From Clostridia bacterium (GTDB taxonomy: Bacteria > Bacillota > Clostridia > Oscillospirales > Acutalibacteraceae): 64,000 nucleotides of DNA. The first letter of the stretch is position 1; each line of letters starts with the position of its first letter. This document shows positions 46,174 through 55,321 of the stretch, piece by piece. The notes under the pieces were generated by a model, which did not search any database, was not told the DNA's origin, and worked only from the letters and a program-made list of their open reading frames with translations. Location: NCBI GenBank assembly GCA_017434985.1, contig JAFSFY010000039.1:36849-100848 (forward strand). The letters run 5' to 3'. The translations under genes and the position numbers were made by a program.

Positions 46174-47445
46174 ATGGCAATCGCTCCGTTGGCCGACCGT
46201 ATGCGGCCGCAAACACTCGACGATATGGTGGGGCAACAACACTTGCTCGGCGAGGGGAAAGCCCTGCGCAGTATCATTGAATCGGGACAGATTCCCAATA
46301 TGATCTTTTACGGCCCGTCGGGGGTGGGAAAGACCACCTTGGCGAGCATTATTGCCGCGCAAACCGACCGTCGGTTGCATCGGTTAAACGGTACCACCGC
46401 GTCCACGGCGGATATCCGCGCCGTGGCGGAAGAAGTGAACAGTTTGGCAGGGGCAAACGGCATTTTGCTGTACTTGGACGAGATTCAATATTTCAATAAA
46501 AAGCAGCAACAAACCCTGCTTGAACACATCGAAAACGGCAACATCACGCTGATTGCGTCCACCACCGAAAACCCGTATTTTTACGTGTACGGCGCCATTC
46601 TCAGCCGTTCCACCGTGTTTGAATTCAAATCGGTGGAACCGAGTGAAATCGCCCGTGCGGTGGCGCGTGGTTTTACCTTTTTGCAAGAGGAAAGCGGTTC
46701 GCCGATCGTGGCGGAGGATCGCGTTTGCGAAACCATCGGGTATGCGTGCGGCGGTGACGTGCGTAAGAGCCTCAATGCCGTGGAATTGTGTGTATTGGCG
46801 TCGACGCCTGACGCAAACGGCACCGTCACCGTTACGATGGATACGGTGACACAAGTGGTGCAAAAAAGCGCGATGCGGTACGACCGCGAAGGGGACGAGC
46901 ATTACGATTTGTTGTCTGCTTTCCAAAAATCAATGCGCGGGTCCGACCCCGATGCGGCGATCCATTATTTGGCACGCCTGCTTGCGGCGGGCGATCTGCC
47001 GTCGGTGTGTCGGCGCTTGCTGGTGTGTGCAGCGGAGGATGTGGGGCTTGCCTATCCGATGATTTTACCCATCGTCAAAGCGGCGGTGGATTCGGCATTG
47101 CAGGTGGGACTTCCCGAAGCGCGCATTCCGCTTGCCGATGCGGTGATCATGGTGGCGATGGCGCCCAAATCCGCCACGGGACACGACGCGATCAACGCGG
47201 CGATGGCCGACGTGGAAGCGGGAAGAACGGGGCGCATTCCCCGTCAACTGCAAAACAAGCATTTCGATGGGGCGGATGCCGCGGTAAAGGGGCAATTCTA
47301 CCAATATCCGCACGAATTTCCGCACCATTGGGTCAAACAACAGTATTTGCCCGATGCCATCAAAGACACCGTGTATTACCATCCCGGTGACAACAAAAAC
47401 GAGAAGGCGTTTGCCGAATATTGGAAGCAGATAAAAGGCGAGTAA
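46174..47445 (+). CDS. rarA: Replication-associated recombination protein A (AAA+ ATPase)
   Basis: GPSGVGKTTLA Walker A, MgsA C-terminal domain. RBS AGTAGGTGA. Confidence 0.9.
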   Translation: MAIAPLADRMRPQTLDDMVGQQHLLGEGKALRSIIESGQIPNMIFYGPSGVGKTTLASIIAAQTDRRLHRLNGTTASTADIRAVAEEVNSLAGANGILLYLDEIQYFNKKQQQTLLEHIENGNITLIASTTENPYFYVYGAILSRSTVFEFKSVEPSEIARAVARGFTFLQEESGSPIVAEDRVCETIGYACGGDVRKSLNAVELCVLASTPDANGTVTVTMDTVTQVVQKSAMRYDREGDEHYDLLSAFQKSMRGSDPDAAIHYLARLLAAGDLPSVCRRLLVCAAEDVGLAYPMILPIVKAAVDSALQVGLPEARIPLADAVIMVAMAPKSATGHDAINAAMADVEAGRTGRIPRQLQNKHFDGADAAVKGQFYQYPHEFPHHWVKQQYLPDAIKDTVYYHPGDNKNEKAFAEYWKQIKGE

Positions 47446-47462
47446 AAAACGCGACAAAGCTA

Positions 47463-47490
47463 TTGACTTTTCGGACAAAAATGATATAGT
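47463..47490 (+). promoter_or_regulatory. Promoter TTGACT-N16-TATAGT followed by an ~200-nt structured leader upstream of potA
   Basis: Seen directly. Leader hairpins GTCGTCTT...AAGACGGC and TACGGC-cgt-GCCGTA. Confidence 0.4.
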
Positions 47491-47699
47491 GTATTTTGTC
47501 GTCTTTTATTATTTAATAAGAAAGAAGACGGCATCTATGCAACCAAAGCGGTATGAGGCATCGCCGCAGTCGCGTTTACGACGGCTGTGAAAAACCCTTT
47601 GCGGAGGGCGTTGCTCAAAGTACCGCGGTTTCACGCGTCACTACGCGAAACTTCCGTATACGGCCGTGCCGTATATACACCGCAAAGGGGGATGCCGTT

Positions 47700-48842
47700 A
47701 TGCAAACAAAAGAAATTATCAAACTGAAAGACATTACCGTTTCGTTCGACGGAGAACCGGTGTTGAGCGGTCTCGACCTCAACATCTCTGACGGAGAATT
47801 TGTGACCTTGCTTGGTCCTTCGGGGTGCGGCAAGACCACCACGCTGCGTATCATCGGCGGCTTCGTCACTCCCGACAGTGGTAGTGTTTTTTTTGATGGG
47901 CAAGACATTGCCGATCTGCCGCCGTACAAACGTCAAGTCAACACCATTTTCCAACGTTACGCGCTGTTCCCGCACTTAAACGTGGAGGACAACGTGGCGT
48001 TTGGTATGCGCGTGCAAAAGAAAAAGCCGGCCGAAATTAAAGAAACGGTCGACCGTATGCTCAAACTCGTCAACTTGGCGGGCTTCAATAAACGCAAGGT
48101 GGAAACGCTGTCGGGCGGTCAACAACAACGTGTGGCCATCGCCCGTGCACTCGCGAACAATCCCCGCGTGTTGTTGCTTGACGAGCCGCTTGCCGCCCTT
48201 GACCTCAAACTGCGCAAGGATATGCAGGTGGAACTCAAGAATATTCAAAAAAGCCTCGGTATCACGTTTATTTACGTGACGCACGACCAAGAAGAAGCGC
48301 TCTCGATGTCGGATACCGTCGTGGTAATGGACGCGGGTCGTATCCAACAGATCGGCACGCCGCAAGACATTTACAACGAGCCCGAAAACGCCTTTGTGGC
48401 TGATTTTATCGGGGAGAGTAACATTCTCGACGGCATTATGCACGAGGACTATTTGGTGGAATTTTTCGGCCGTAAATTCAAGTGCTTGGATGCCGGCTTT
48501 GGCCCGAAAGAACCTGTGGACGTGGTAATCCGTCCCGAGGATATCGACATTGTTCCTGCGGATAAAGGTCATCTGACGGGTAAGGTGACCGCGGTCACCT
48601 TTAAAGGCGTGCATTTTGAGACCATTGTGGATTTCAAGGGCTTCAAATGGATGATCCAAACCACCGATTATTATCCCGTGGATTCGGTGATCGGTATTGT
48701 CCTCAATCCCGAAGACATTCACATTATGAAGAAATCGGAATATTCGGGTATGTTTGGCGATTACAGTTCCTATTCGGAAGAATTTGACGAAATGGCCAAC
48801 CCCGAAATTGACCTCACCGAAGAGGCGGAGGTTCAAGAATGA
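47700..48842 (+). CDS. potA: Spermidine/putrescine ABC transporter ATP-binding protein
   Basis: Walker [10 protein letters not shown], signature [16 protein letters not shown]-terminal TOBE domain. RBS AAAGGGGGA. The upstream extension in the track was rejected. Confidence 0.9.
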   Translation: MQTKEIIKLKDITVSFDGEPVLSGLDLNISDGEFVTLLGPSGCGKTTTLRIIGGFVTPDSGSVFFDGQDIADLPPYKRQVNTIFQRYALFPHLNVEDNVAFGMRVQKKKPAEIKETVDRMLKLVNLAGFNKRKVETLSGGQQQRVAIARALANNPRVLLLDEPLAALDLKLRKDMQVELKNIQKSLGITFIYVTHDQEEALSMSDTVVVMDAGRIQQIGTPQDIYNEPENAFVADFIGESNILDGIMHEDYLVEFFGRKFKCLDAGFGPKEPVDVVIRPEDIDIVPADKGHLTGKVTAVTFKGVHFETIVDFKGFKWMIQTTDYYPVDSVIGIVLNPEDIHIMKKSEYSGMFGDYSSYSEEFDEMANPEIDLTEEAEVQE

Positions 48843-49660
48843 TAAAATCCAAAGCCGCGGCAGCACCCTTCACGGCTTGGATGCTGCTGTTCACGATCAT
48901 TCCGCTCGGCATCGTGCTTTGGTTTGCCTTTACGAATGCCGACGGGCAGTTCACACTGGGGAATTTGCCCCACATTTGGGCGCAGGCGGCCACCTTTGGT
49001 ATCTCCATTTTTTATGGGGCGATCGCCACGGTGATCTGCTTGTTGCTGGCGTTTCCGCTTGCTTACAACATTTCTCGTGCCACCGAGCGTGTGCAACAAA
49101 CGATGGTGATGATCATCATGTTGCCGATGTGGATGAACTTTTTGCTGCGCACCTACGCGTGGATGTCCATTTTGGAAAACAACGGGTTTGTCAACCAACT
49201 GTTGCGCCTCATCGGTCTGGTGGGGGAGAATGACTATTTGCCGCTGATTAATACGGGTGGTGCCGTCGTGTTGGGTATGGTGTACAACTTTTTACCCTTT
49301 ATGGTGTTGCCGCTGTATACCGTTATGTCCAAAATTGATAACAGTGTGATTGAAGCGGCGCAGGACCTTGGTTCCAACGTGTTTCAAGTGTTCGGCAAGG
49401 TGGTCATTCCGCTCTCTATTCCCGGTATGCTCAGCGGGATCACGATGGTGTTTGTGCCTGCTGTCAGCACCTTTGTTATCACCAAATTGCTCGGCGGCAG
49501 TAAAACCTTGATGATCGGTGATGCCATTGAACAGATGTTCATCGGCCAAGGCGCGGACTATCACGTGGGCGCGACGTTGTCGCTCGTGCTGATGATCCTC
49601 ATCTTGGTGTGTATGGCGGTTACGGGTATGGCCGACAAGGGAGAGGAGGCGGACGTATGA
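48839..49660 (+). CDS. potB: Spermidine/putrescine ABC transporter permease
   Basis: ATGA overlap with potA; 6-TM permease with the EAA-like loop. Confidence 0.88.
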   Translation: MIKSKAAAAPFTAWMLLFTIIPLGIVLWFAFTNADGQFTLGNLPHIWAQAATFGISIFYGAIATVICLLLAFPLAYNISRATERVQQTMVMIIMLPMWMNFLLRTYAWMSILENNGFVNQLLRLIGLVGENDYLPLINTGGAVVLGMVYNFLPFMVLPLYTVMSKIDNSVIEAAQDLGSNVFQVFGKVVIPLSIPGMLSGITMVFVPAVSTFVITKLLGGSKTLMIGDAIEQMFIGQGADYHVGATLSLVLMILILVCMAVTGMADKGEEADV

Positions 49661-50454
49661 AAACGCTTTCTCGCATTTACAACGCCCTCATTTTCTTGTT
49701 TTTGTATGCGCCCATCTTTGTGCTTATTGTGTTTTCGTTCAACGATTCCAAAAGTCGTGTGGTGTGGAGCGGGTTCTCTCTGCGTTGGTACGAGGAACTC
49801 TTTCAAGACGAAGAGATTCTCAGCGCGCTTGGTGTGACCCTTTCGATCGCCGTGATCGCCACGATCGTTTCGACCATCATCGGCACGATGGCGGCCATTG
49901 GTTTCCGCAGTGTCAATGCGCGGTTGCGCCGCGTGTTGATGGCGCTCAACAACTTCCCGATGGTCAACCCCGAAATTGTGACCGGTATTTCGCTCATGCT
50001 TTTGTTTGTGTTTATTCATCGAACGACGGGGCTGTTGCAACCGGGGTATATGGCGTTGCTTTTGTCGCATATCACATTCTGTATTCCGTACGTGGTATTG
50101 CAGGTCTTGCCGCGATTGCGACAAACCAATCCGCATATGTACGAAGCGGCGATGGATCTCGGTTGCCGTCCGCTCAGTGCGTTTTTCAAGGTGATGTTGC
50201 CGGATATTTTCCCCGGCGTGCTCACGGGCGCGTTGATGGCGTTTACCATGTCGCTGGATGACTTTGTCATCAGTTTGTTTACGTCGGGTGCTTCGGCGCA
50301 AAACCTGTCGGTCACCATTTATGCGATGGTGAAACGCCGCGTGACGCCGGAAATTAACGCCCTCTCTACCTTGATGTTCGGTGCGGTGCTCATTTTGTTG
50401 GTGGCGATCAACGTCCTGCAAATGAAAAGCACCCCCAAACAAGCGAAGAAGTGA
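49657..50454 (+). CDS. potC: Spermidine/putrescine ABC transporter permease
   Basis: RBS GGAGAGGAGG. Start MKTLSRIY overlaps the potB stop. Confidence 0.88.
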   Translation: MKTLSRIYNALIFLFLYAPIFVLIVFSFNDSKSRVVWSGFSLRWYEELFQDEEILSALGVTLSIAVIATIVSTIIGTMAAIGFRSVNARLRRVLMALNNFPMVNPEIVTGISLMLLFVFIHRTTGLLQPGYMALLLSHITFCIPYVVLQVLPRLRQTNPHMYEAAMDLGCRPLSAFFKVMLPDIFPGVLTGALMAFTMSLDDFVISLFTSGASAQNLSVTIYAMVKRRVTPEINALSTLMFGAVLILLVAINVLQMKSTPKQAKK

Positions 50455-50465
50455 GGAGGACGCGT

Positions 50466-51656
50466 ATGAAATTGACGAAATTGGCGACCTTACTTGCCGT
50501 TCTTTTGTTCGTGTGCACGTGTTTTGTCGGTTGCGGTGAAGTGGTGGAAGATAACGAGCAAACGTCCTCCAAAGGTGTTACCATCAACGTCTACAACTGG
50601 GGTGAGTATATCGACCCCACGGTGAACGATCTGTTTACCGAAGAAACGGGCATCGAGGTTAACTACAAAAATTTCACCGACAACGAGAGTATGTACGCGG
50701 TGTTGTCGTCGGGTGCGGCGACTTACGATATCGTGGTGCCGTCGGATTATATGGTGGGCAAACTCATAAACGAAGGTATGCTTGCCAAACTGAATTTTGA
50801 TAACATTCCCAATTATGCGCTCATCGACGAGAGTATGAAAAACCAACTGTACGATCCGCAGAATGAATATTCCGTGCCGTACACGTGGGGAACGGTGGGC
50901 ATTTTTTACAACACCAAATACGTGGACGAAGCTGACCTCCAACAAGGTTGGGATCTGCTGTGGGACGAAAAGTACGCAGGGCGTATTTTTATGTTCGACA
51001 ACCCGCGCGATGCGTTTGGTATCGGCCTTCTCAAATGCGGTCACTCGCTCAACACCACCAATAAAGCGCATTGGGACGAAGCGTATGAGCAATTACAGGC
51101 CCAAAAACCCTTGTTGCATCAATATGTGATGGATCAGATCTATGACAAAATGATCAACGAAGAGGGATGGATCGCCCCCTACTATGCGGGCGACGGCATC
51201 ATTATGATGGACGAAGAAGAAGGCAATCCCGCCATCGATTTCTTTGTGCCGAAAAGCGGTTCCAACTTATTTATTGACGCCCTGTGCATTCCGAAAAATG
51301 CGGAACACAAAGCGGAAGCGGAGCAGTATATCAATTTCTTGTGCCGCACCGATATTGCACTGTTAAACGCCGAATACATCGGCTATTCCACCCCGCACAC
51401 CGAGGCGCGTGCCGAACTCGACCCCGAGATCGGCGAAAACGAGAATTTTTATCCGCCGCAAGAGGTGTTGGACAGAACCGAAGTGTTTATGACCCTTCCT
51501 GCCGACGTCTCGACATATATGGACGGCTTGTGGATGAAACTGAAGTTGCCCGCCGCCGGCTGGGCGTGGTGCACGGTTGCGGTCGGTATCGCGGCGGTAG
51601 CATTGCTGATCTATTCGTTTATCCGCTACTGCAAAAAGAAACTACGCAAGGAGTAA
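50466..51656 (+). CDS. potD: Spermidine/putrescine-binding lipoprotein with an unusual C-terminal hydrophobic anchor
   Basis: Signal MKLTKLATLLAVLLFVCTCFVGC. PotD-like body. About 40 extra C-terminal residues containing the TM-like WAWCTVAVGIAAVALLIYSFI plus a KKKLRKE tail. Confidence 0.85.
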   Translation: MKLTKLATLLAVLLFVCTCFVGCGEVVEDNEQTSSKGVTINVYNWGEYIDPTVNDLFTEETGIEVNYKNFTDNESMYAVLSSGAATYDIVVPSDYMVGKLINEGMLAKLNFDNIPNYALIDESMKNQLYDPQNEYSVPYTWGTVGIFYNTKYVDEADLQQGWDLLWDEKYAGRIFMFDNPRDAFGIGLLKCGHSLNTTNKAHWDEAYEQLQAQKPLLHQYVMDQIYDKMINEEGWIAPYYAGDGIIMMDEEEGNPAIDFFVPKSGSNLFIDALCIPKNAEHKAEAEQYINFLCRTDIALLNAEYIGYSTPHTEARAELDPEIGENENFYPPQEVLDRTEVFMTLPADVSTYMDGLWMKLKLPAAGWAWCTVAVGIAAVALLIYSFIRYCKKKLRKE

Positions 51657-51660
51657 CACT

Positions 51661-52329
51661 ATGGCAAAATGGACCACGTGCCTGTTTGATCTGGACGGTA
51701 CGCTTATTGATACCATTGACGATCTGGCGGCCGCCACCGAACAAGTGCTGCGTGAATTCGGGTTCGGCAATGAAGACGGCTCGCCTTTGTACACCAAAGA
51801 CGACTATCACCAATTTGTCGGCGGCGGTGTCAAACGGTTGTTGCATATGGCGCTCGCCGAGCACAGTACGCCCGAAGTTTTGGACAAAGCGCTTGTGCGT
51901 TTTATCGAGATCTACAACGAAAATTGCAAGGTCAAAACTGCCCCGTACGAGGGGATTATGGAGTTGCTCGACGAACTCAAAGCCCGTGGTATCAAACTTG
52001 GTATCGTCACCAATAAACCCGAAAAACAAGCGCGCTATTTGGCTGAGGCGTTTTTTGGCGATTATGGTTTGTGCTGCGTGTATGGCAGTGTGCCCGATCG
52101 TCCCAACAAACCCGATCCCGCCGCCGTACAATTGGCATTGGCCGATTGCGGTTCCACCGCGGAGACAACGTTGTACGTCGGTGATTCGGACGTGGATATT
52201 GCTACCGCACACAATTCGAATTTGGTTGGTGTCGGTGTGGCATGGGGATTCCGCGGCAAAGAGGAACTGAAAAATGCAGGCGCGGATATTTTGATTGATA
52301 CGCCGAACGAATTGCTGCAATATTTTTAA
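51661..52329 (+). CDS. HAD-IA family hydrolase (phosphoglycolate phosphatase-like)
   Basis: LFDLDGTLIDT motif I, GDSDVD motif IV. Confidence 0.8.
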   Translation: MAKWTTCLFDLDGTLIDTIDDLAAATEQVLREFGFGNEDGSPLYTKDDYHQFVGGGVKRLLHMALAEHSTPEVLDKALVRFIEIYNENCKVKTAPYEGIMELLDELKARGIKLGIVTNKPEKQARYLAEAFFGDYGLCCVYGSVPDRPNKPDPAAVQLALADCGSTAETTLYVGDSDVDIATAHNSNLVGVGVAWGFRGKEELKNAGADILIDTPNELLQYF

Positions 52330-52346
52330 GAATTTCGCAATTTTGG

Positions 52347-52375
52347 TTGACAAAAAGAGTTTAAAATGGTATCAT
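52347..52375 (+). promoter_or_regulatory. Promoter TTGACA-N17-TATCAT for the tRNA-Ser pair
   Basis: Seen directly, about 20 nt upstream of the first tRNA. Confidence 0.5.
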
Positions 52376-52393
52376 AAACTCCGTTCCTTGTAC

Positions 52394-52480
52394 GGAGAGG
52401 TGTCCGAGCGGTTTAAGGAGCCGGTCTTGAAAACCGGTGACTCGAAAGAGCCAAGGGTTCGAATCCCTTCCTCTCCGCCA
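52394..52480 (+). tRNA. tRNA-Ser (anticodon TGA), type II with long variable arm, CCA encoded
   Basis: ggagaggtgtccgagcggtttaaggagccggtcttgaaaaccggtgactcgaaagagccaagggttcgaatcccttcctctccgcca. Acceptor, D, anticodon CT-TGA-AA, long variable and T arms all pair. Confidence 0.85.
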
Positions 52481-52535
52481 CACTTTCTAAAACAACATAT
52501 TCCCGCCGCTTGCTCACCGCACTCGGCGGATATTC

Positions 52536-52626
52536 GGAGAAGTACTCAAGTTGGTGACGAGGCGCCCCTGCTAAGGGCGTAGGTCGGGTAACCGGCGCGA
52601 GGGTTCGAGTCCCTCCTTCTCCGCCA
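52536..52626 (+). tRNA. tRNA-Ser (anticodon GCT), type II, CCA encoded
   Basis: ggagaagtactcaagttggtgacgaggcgcccctgctaagggcg...gggttcgagtccctccttctccgcca. Confidence 0.85.
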
Positions 52627-52628
52627 AT

Positions 52629-52660
52629 GAAAAAAGCACCCTGTTGGGGTGCTTTTTTCA
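52629..52660 (+). terminator. Intrinsic terminator after the tRNA pair
   Basis: aaaagcaccc-tgtt-ggggtgctttt. Confidence 0.7.
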
Positions 52661-52825
52661 TTCACAGAATGTGAACTCGAACCCGAGCGACGGAGGCGCG
52701 GGCGTCACCTGCGAGCGCGTCCTGCGGACGAAACAGCGAGCAGGGGAGGGCGCAGCGGTCGAAATTCTACGAGCGAAAGCGAGTGACAAGAATTTCGGGC
52801 ACCGCAAGAGGGGTTGCGAAGCAAC

Positions 52826-52846
52826 TTCGAGTCCCTCCTTTTCTCA
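52826..52846 (+). other. Orphan tRNA-Ser 3'-end fragment (ttcgagtccctcctt, identical to the T-arm/acceptor 3' half of the upstream tRNA-Ser-GCT), flanked by imperfect ~27-bp direct repeats at 52668-52694 and 52854-52882: a candidate att-site / integration scar
   Basis: Seen directly. The 15-nt match is identical and about 21 nt are similar. Confidence 0.4.
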
Positions 52847-52947
52847 TTCTCGAAATGTGAGAGCACGAACCCGAGCGCCGAAGTACTTATGGTTGCAATT
52901 CTTGGCTGGCTGTGATACACTGTAGCCAAACAAAAGGGGGCGATACT

Positions 52948-53937
52948 GTGGAAAGACGTGTAGCGTTGTGGGATAACGTTCGTTTTTTTCTCATCACGAC
53001 GGTAGTTGTCGGTCATTTTGCAGACGAATTTACCGCTCAATCCGATGTCTGCAAAAGCTTATTCTTGTTCATCTACGCGTTTCACATGCCTCTGTTTATT
53101 TGGATCTCGGGGCATCTTCACAAAAACACACGTATCAGAGAGAAGTGTTTGTTTTATATTTCTGCCGGGTTTTTGCTAAAAATTTTGCTTACCGTTTTTC
53201 GCTGGATCATCGGGTATTCACTTTCTTTTTCACTTCTCGCCGACGGCAGCCTCCCGTGGTTTTTCTTTGCGTTGGCCGCCTATACGTTGATTGCTTACGC
53301 GTTGCGTGATAAAAACAAATGGTTTATCTTGATTCTTTCGGTGCTGATCGCGTGTTTTTGCGGTTTTGACACGACTGTTTCGGACTGGTTGTATCTTTCC
53401 CGCGTTGTGATTTTCTTCCCGTTTTATTGGTTAGGTACGATGATTGATTCCGAGCTTGTGTTGCGTGCAAAAAGGAAGAAATGGGTAATCGTTTGCTCGG
53501 TGGCGGTGATGCTGATTTGGGCGGCGGTATGTGCCTTTTCCTTGAACGACGTTTATGTTCTGCGCCACTTGTTTACGGGACGTAATCCTTTCTCCGACAA
53601 CGTGCGTGCTTTTGGCCCGTTTGCGCGTTTGCTTGCGTATGCTGTTTCCGGATTGACGTCGTTTGCGCTTGTGATGATAACACCGGCAAGAAACGTGAAA
53701 TGGCTCACAAAAATGGGATCGCGTTCCATTGATGTCTACGTGTGGCATTGGCCGGTGTTTTTGATTGCTTATGGTTTTTTCCATATCAACGATCTCTTTT
53801 CCTTGGGAATGCTCGGCAAAGCAAGCTATTTCTTGGTAGCCGTTTTTCTTAGTATTTTGCTGTCACAAGGGGGATTTATTTCCTACCCGCTGGAAACGAT
53901 CCGAAAATTCTGCTATGAACGAAAAGAACTTTCTTGA
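52948..53937 (+). CDS. Acyltransferase family 3 (OatA/WecH-like) membrane O-acyltransferase
   Basis: GTG after AAAAGGGGG. WDNVRFFLITTVVVGHF is the acyltransferase_3 N-terminal motif. About 10 TM. GC drops to roughly 42%. Confidence 0.75.
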   Translation: MERRVALWDNVRFFLITTVVVGHFADEFTAQSDVCKSLFLFIYAFHMPLFIWISGHLHKNTRIREKCLFYISAGFLLKILLTVFRWIIGYSLSFSLLADGSLPWFFFALAAYTLIAYALRDKNKWFILILSVLIACFCGFDTTVSDWLYLSRVVIFFPFYWLGTMIDSELVLRAKRKKWVIVCSVAVMLIWAAVCAFSLNDVYVLRHLFTGRNPFSDNVRAFGPFARLLAYAVSGLTSFALVMITPARNVKWLTKMGSRSIDVYVWHWPVFLIAYGFFHINDLFSLGMLGKASYFLVAVFLSILLSQGGFISYPLETIRKFCYERKELS

Positions 53938-54100
53938 TCTTGATCAAACTCTCTCGCTTGGCGGGGGAGTTTTTCTCTTATGCCAAGATGTGGGAGTTTT
54001 CGTCAACTATTGACTTTATAGCGATTTAGTGCTACACTTAGTTGAAGTGTATGCTTATATACCTATTGTTAGCGCAAAGGACAGTAAAGGAGAGCGGACT

Positions 54101-55321
54101 ATGCGGTTGTATATCGATCCCGGCACGGGCAGTATGCTGTTCACCATTTTGATTGGTGTGATCGGTGCGGCGTTCTATTCGTTGCGGATGTTGTTTATCA
54201 AATTGCGATACAAGTTCGGCGGCGGCAAGGTGGAGAACCTCGGTAAAAAGATCCCGTTTGTTATCTTTTCCGACAACAAACGCTATTGGAATATCTTTGA
54301 ACCCATCTGCAAGCGTCTGTCTGCTTACGGCAAAGAGATTTTGTACATCACCGGCTCTCCCGACGATGCCGCTTTGCAATGCGATCTGCCGAACTTTAAA
54401 GCGGAATACGCGCCCGGCAACAAATTGTACACCAAACTGAACTTTTTGGAAGCCAACGTGGTGTTGTCTACCACCCCCGGGTTGGATGTGTATCAGTGGA
54501 AACGCTCCAAGATGGTGGATTGCTATATCCACATTCCTCACGCAGCCAGTGAGATCGTACTGTACCGTATGTTCGGTATCGACTATTACGATGCGATTAT
54601 GCTTTCGGGCGACTATCAAGCCAAAAACATTCGCGATTTGGAACAGTTGCGTAACCTCCCCGAAAAAGAACTCACGATGATCGGCATTCCGTATATGGAC
54701 GAAATGGCGAAGCGTTTGGAAGTTTCCGGCCCTGCACCCGATCATCCGCGCACGGTGTTGCTTGCCCCCTCGTGGGGTTCCAGCGCGCTGTTGTCGGTCT
54801 ACGGCGGCAAGATCATCGACGTGCTTTTGAAAACGGGATACCACGTGATCGTGCGTCCTCACCCGCAATCTTTCACCTCTGAAAAAGAGATGATGGACAA
54901 GCTGATGGCGGAATATCCCGAATCCGATCAATTGGAATGGAACCGCGATACCGATAATTTTGACGTGTTGCGCCGTTCGGATATTCTTATTTCGGATTTC
55001 TCGGGCGTGATTTTCGATTTTACGTTGGTGTACGACAAACCCGTCATTTACACCGATCCCAAATTTGATTTAAGTTTGTACGATGCCTGGTGGTTGGAAG
55101 ACGAATTGTGGACGGTTTCCGCCCTGAAACGCCTTGGTATGCAACTTACCGACGAGAATATGGAAAACTTGAAAGAGTTGATCGACACCTGCATCAGCGA
55201 TCCGAGTTTTGCGGACGGCAGACGCAGTGTGAAAGAAGAAACGTGGGTCAATTTCGGCAACGGTGCCGATGCCGCCACCGCGTATTTGATCAAGAAATAC
55301 GAAGAAACGGAGGGGAAATAA
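54101..55321 (+). CDS. CDP-glycerol glycerophosphotransferase family protein (TagB/TagF-like) with an N-terminal TM
   Basis: RBS AAGGAGAG. LLAPSWGSS (compare APTWR) and ILISDFSGVIFDF (compare SDYSSV.FDF), motifs of the Glyphos_transf family. Confidence 0.7.
   Translation: MRLYIDPGTGSMLFTILIGVIGAAFYSLRMLFIKLRYKFGGGKVENLGKKIPFVIFSDNKRYWNIFEPICKRLSAYGKEILYITGSPDDAALQCDLPNFKAEYAPGNKLYTKLNFLEANVVLSTTPGLDVYQWKRSKMVDCYIHIPHAASEIVLYRMFGIDYYDAIMLSGDYQAKNIRDLEQLRNLPEKELTMIGIPYMDEMAKRLEVSGPAPDHPRTVLLAPSWGSSALLSVYGGKIIDVLLKTGYHVIVRPHPQSFTSEKEMMDKLMAEYPESDQLEWNRDTDNFDVLRRSDILISDFSGVIFDFTLVYDKPVIYTDPKFDLSLYDAWWLEDELWTVSALKRLGMQLTDENMENLKELIDTCISDPSFADGRRSVKEETWVNFGNGADAATAYLIKKYEETEGK

Noticed and set aside
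52660-52760. Possible third tRNA or tRNA pseudogene on the minus strand (GGGTTCGAG-like T-loop in the reverse complement of cgaacccgagcg)
   Set aside because: The surrounding sequence cannot be folded into acceptor, D and anticodon arms. It is only a T-loop-like 9-mer, and it recurs in the second direct repeat, so it is treated as part of the repeat/att scar.
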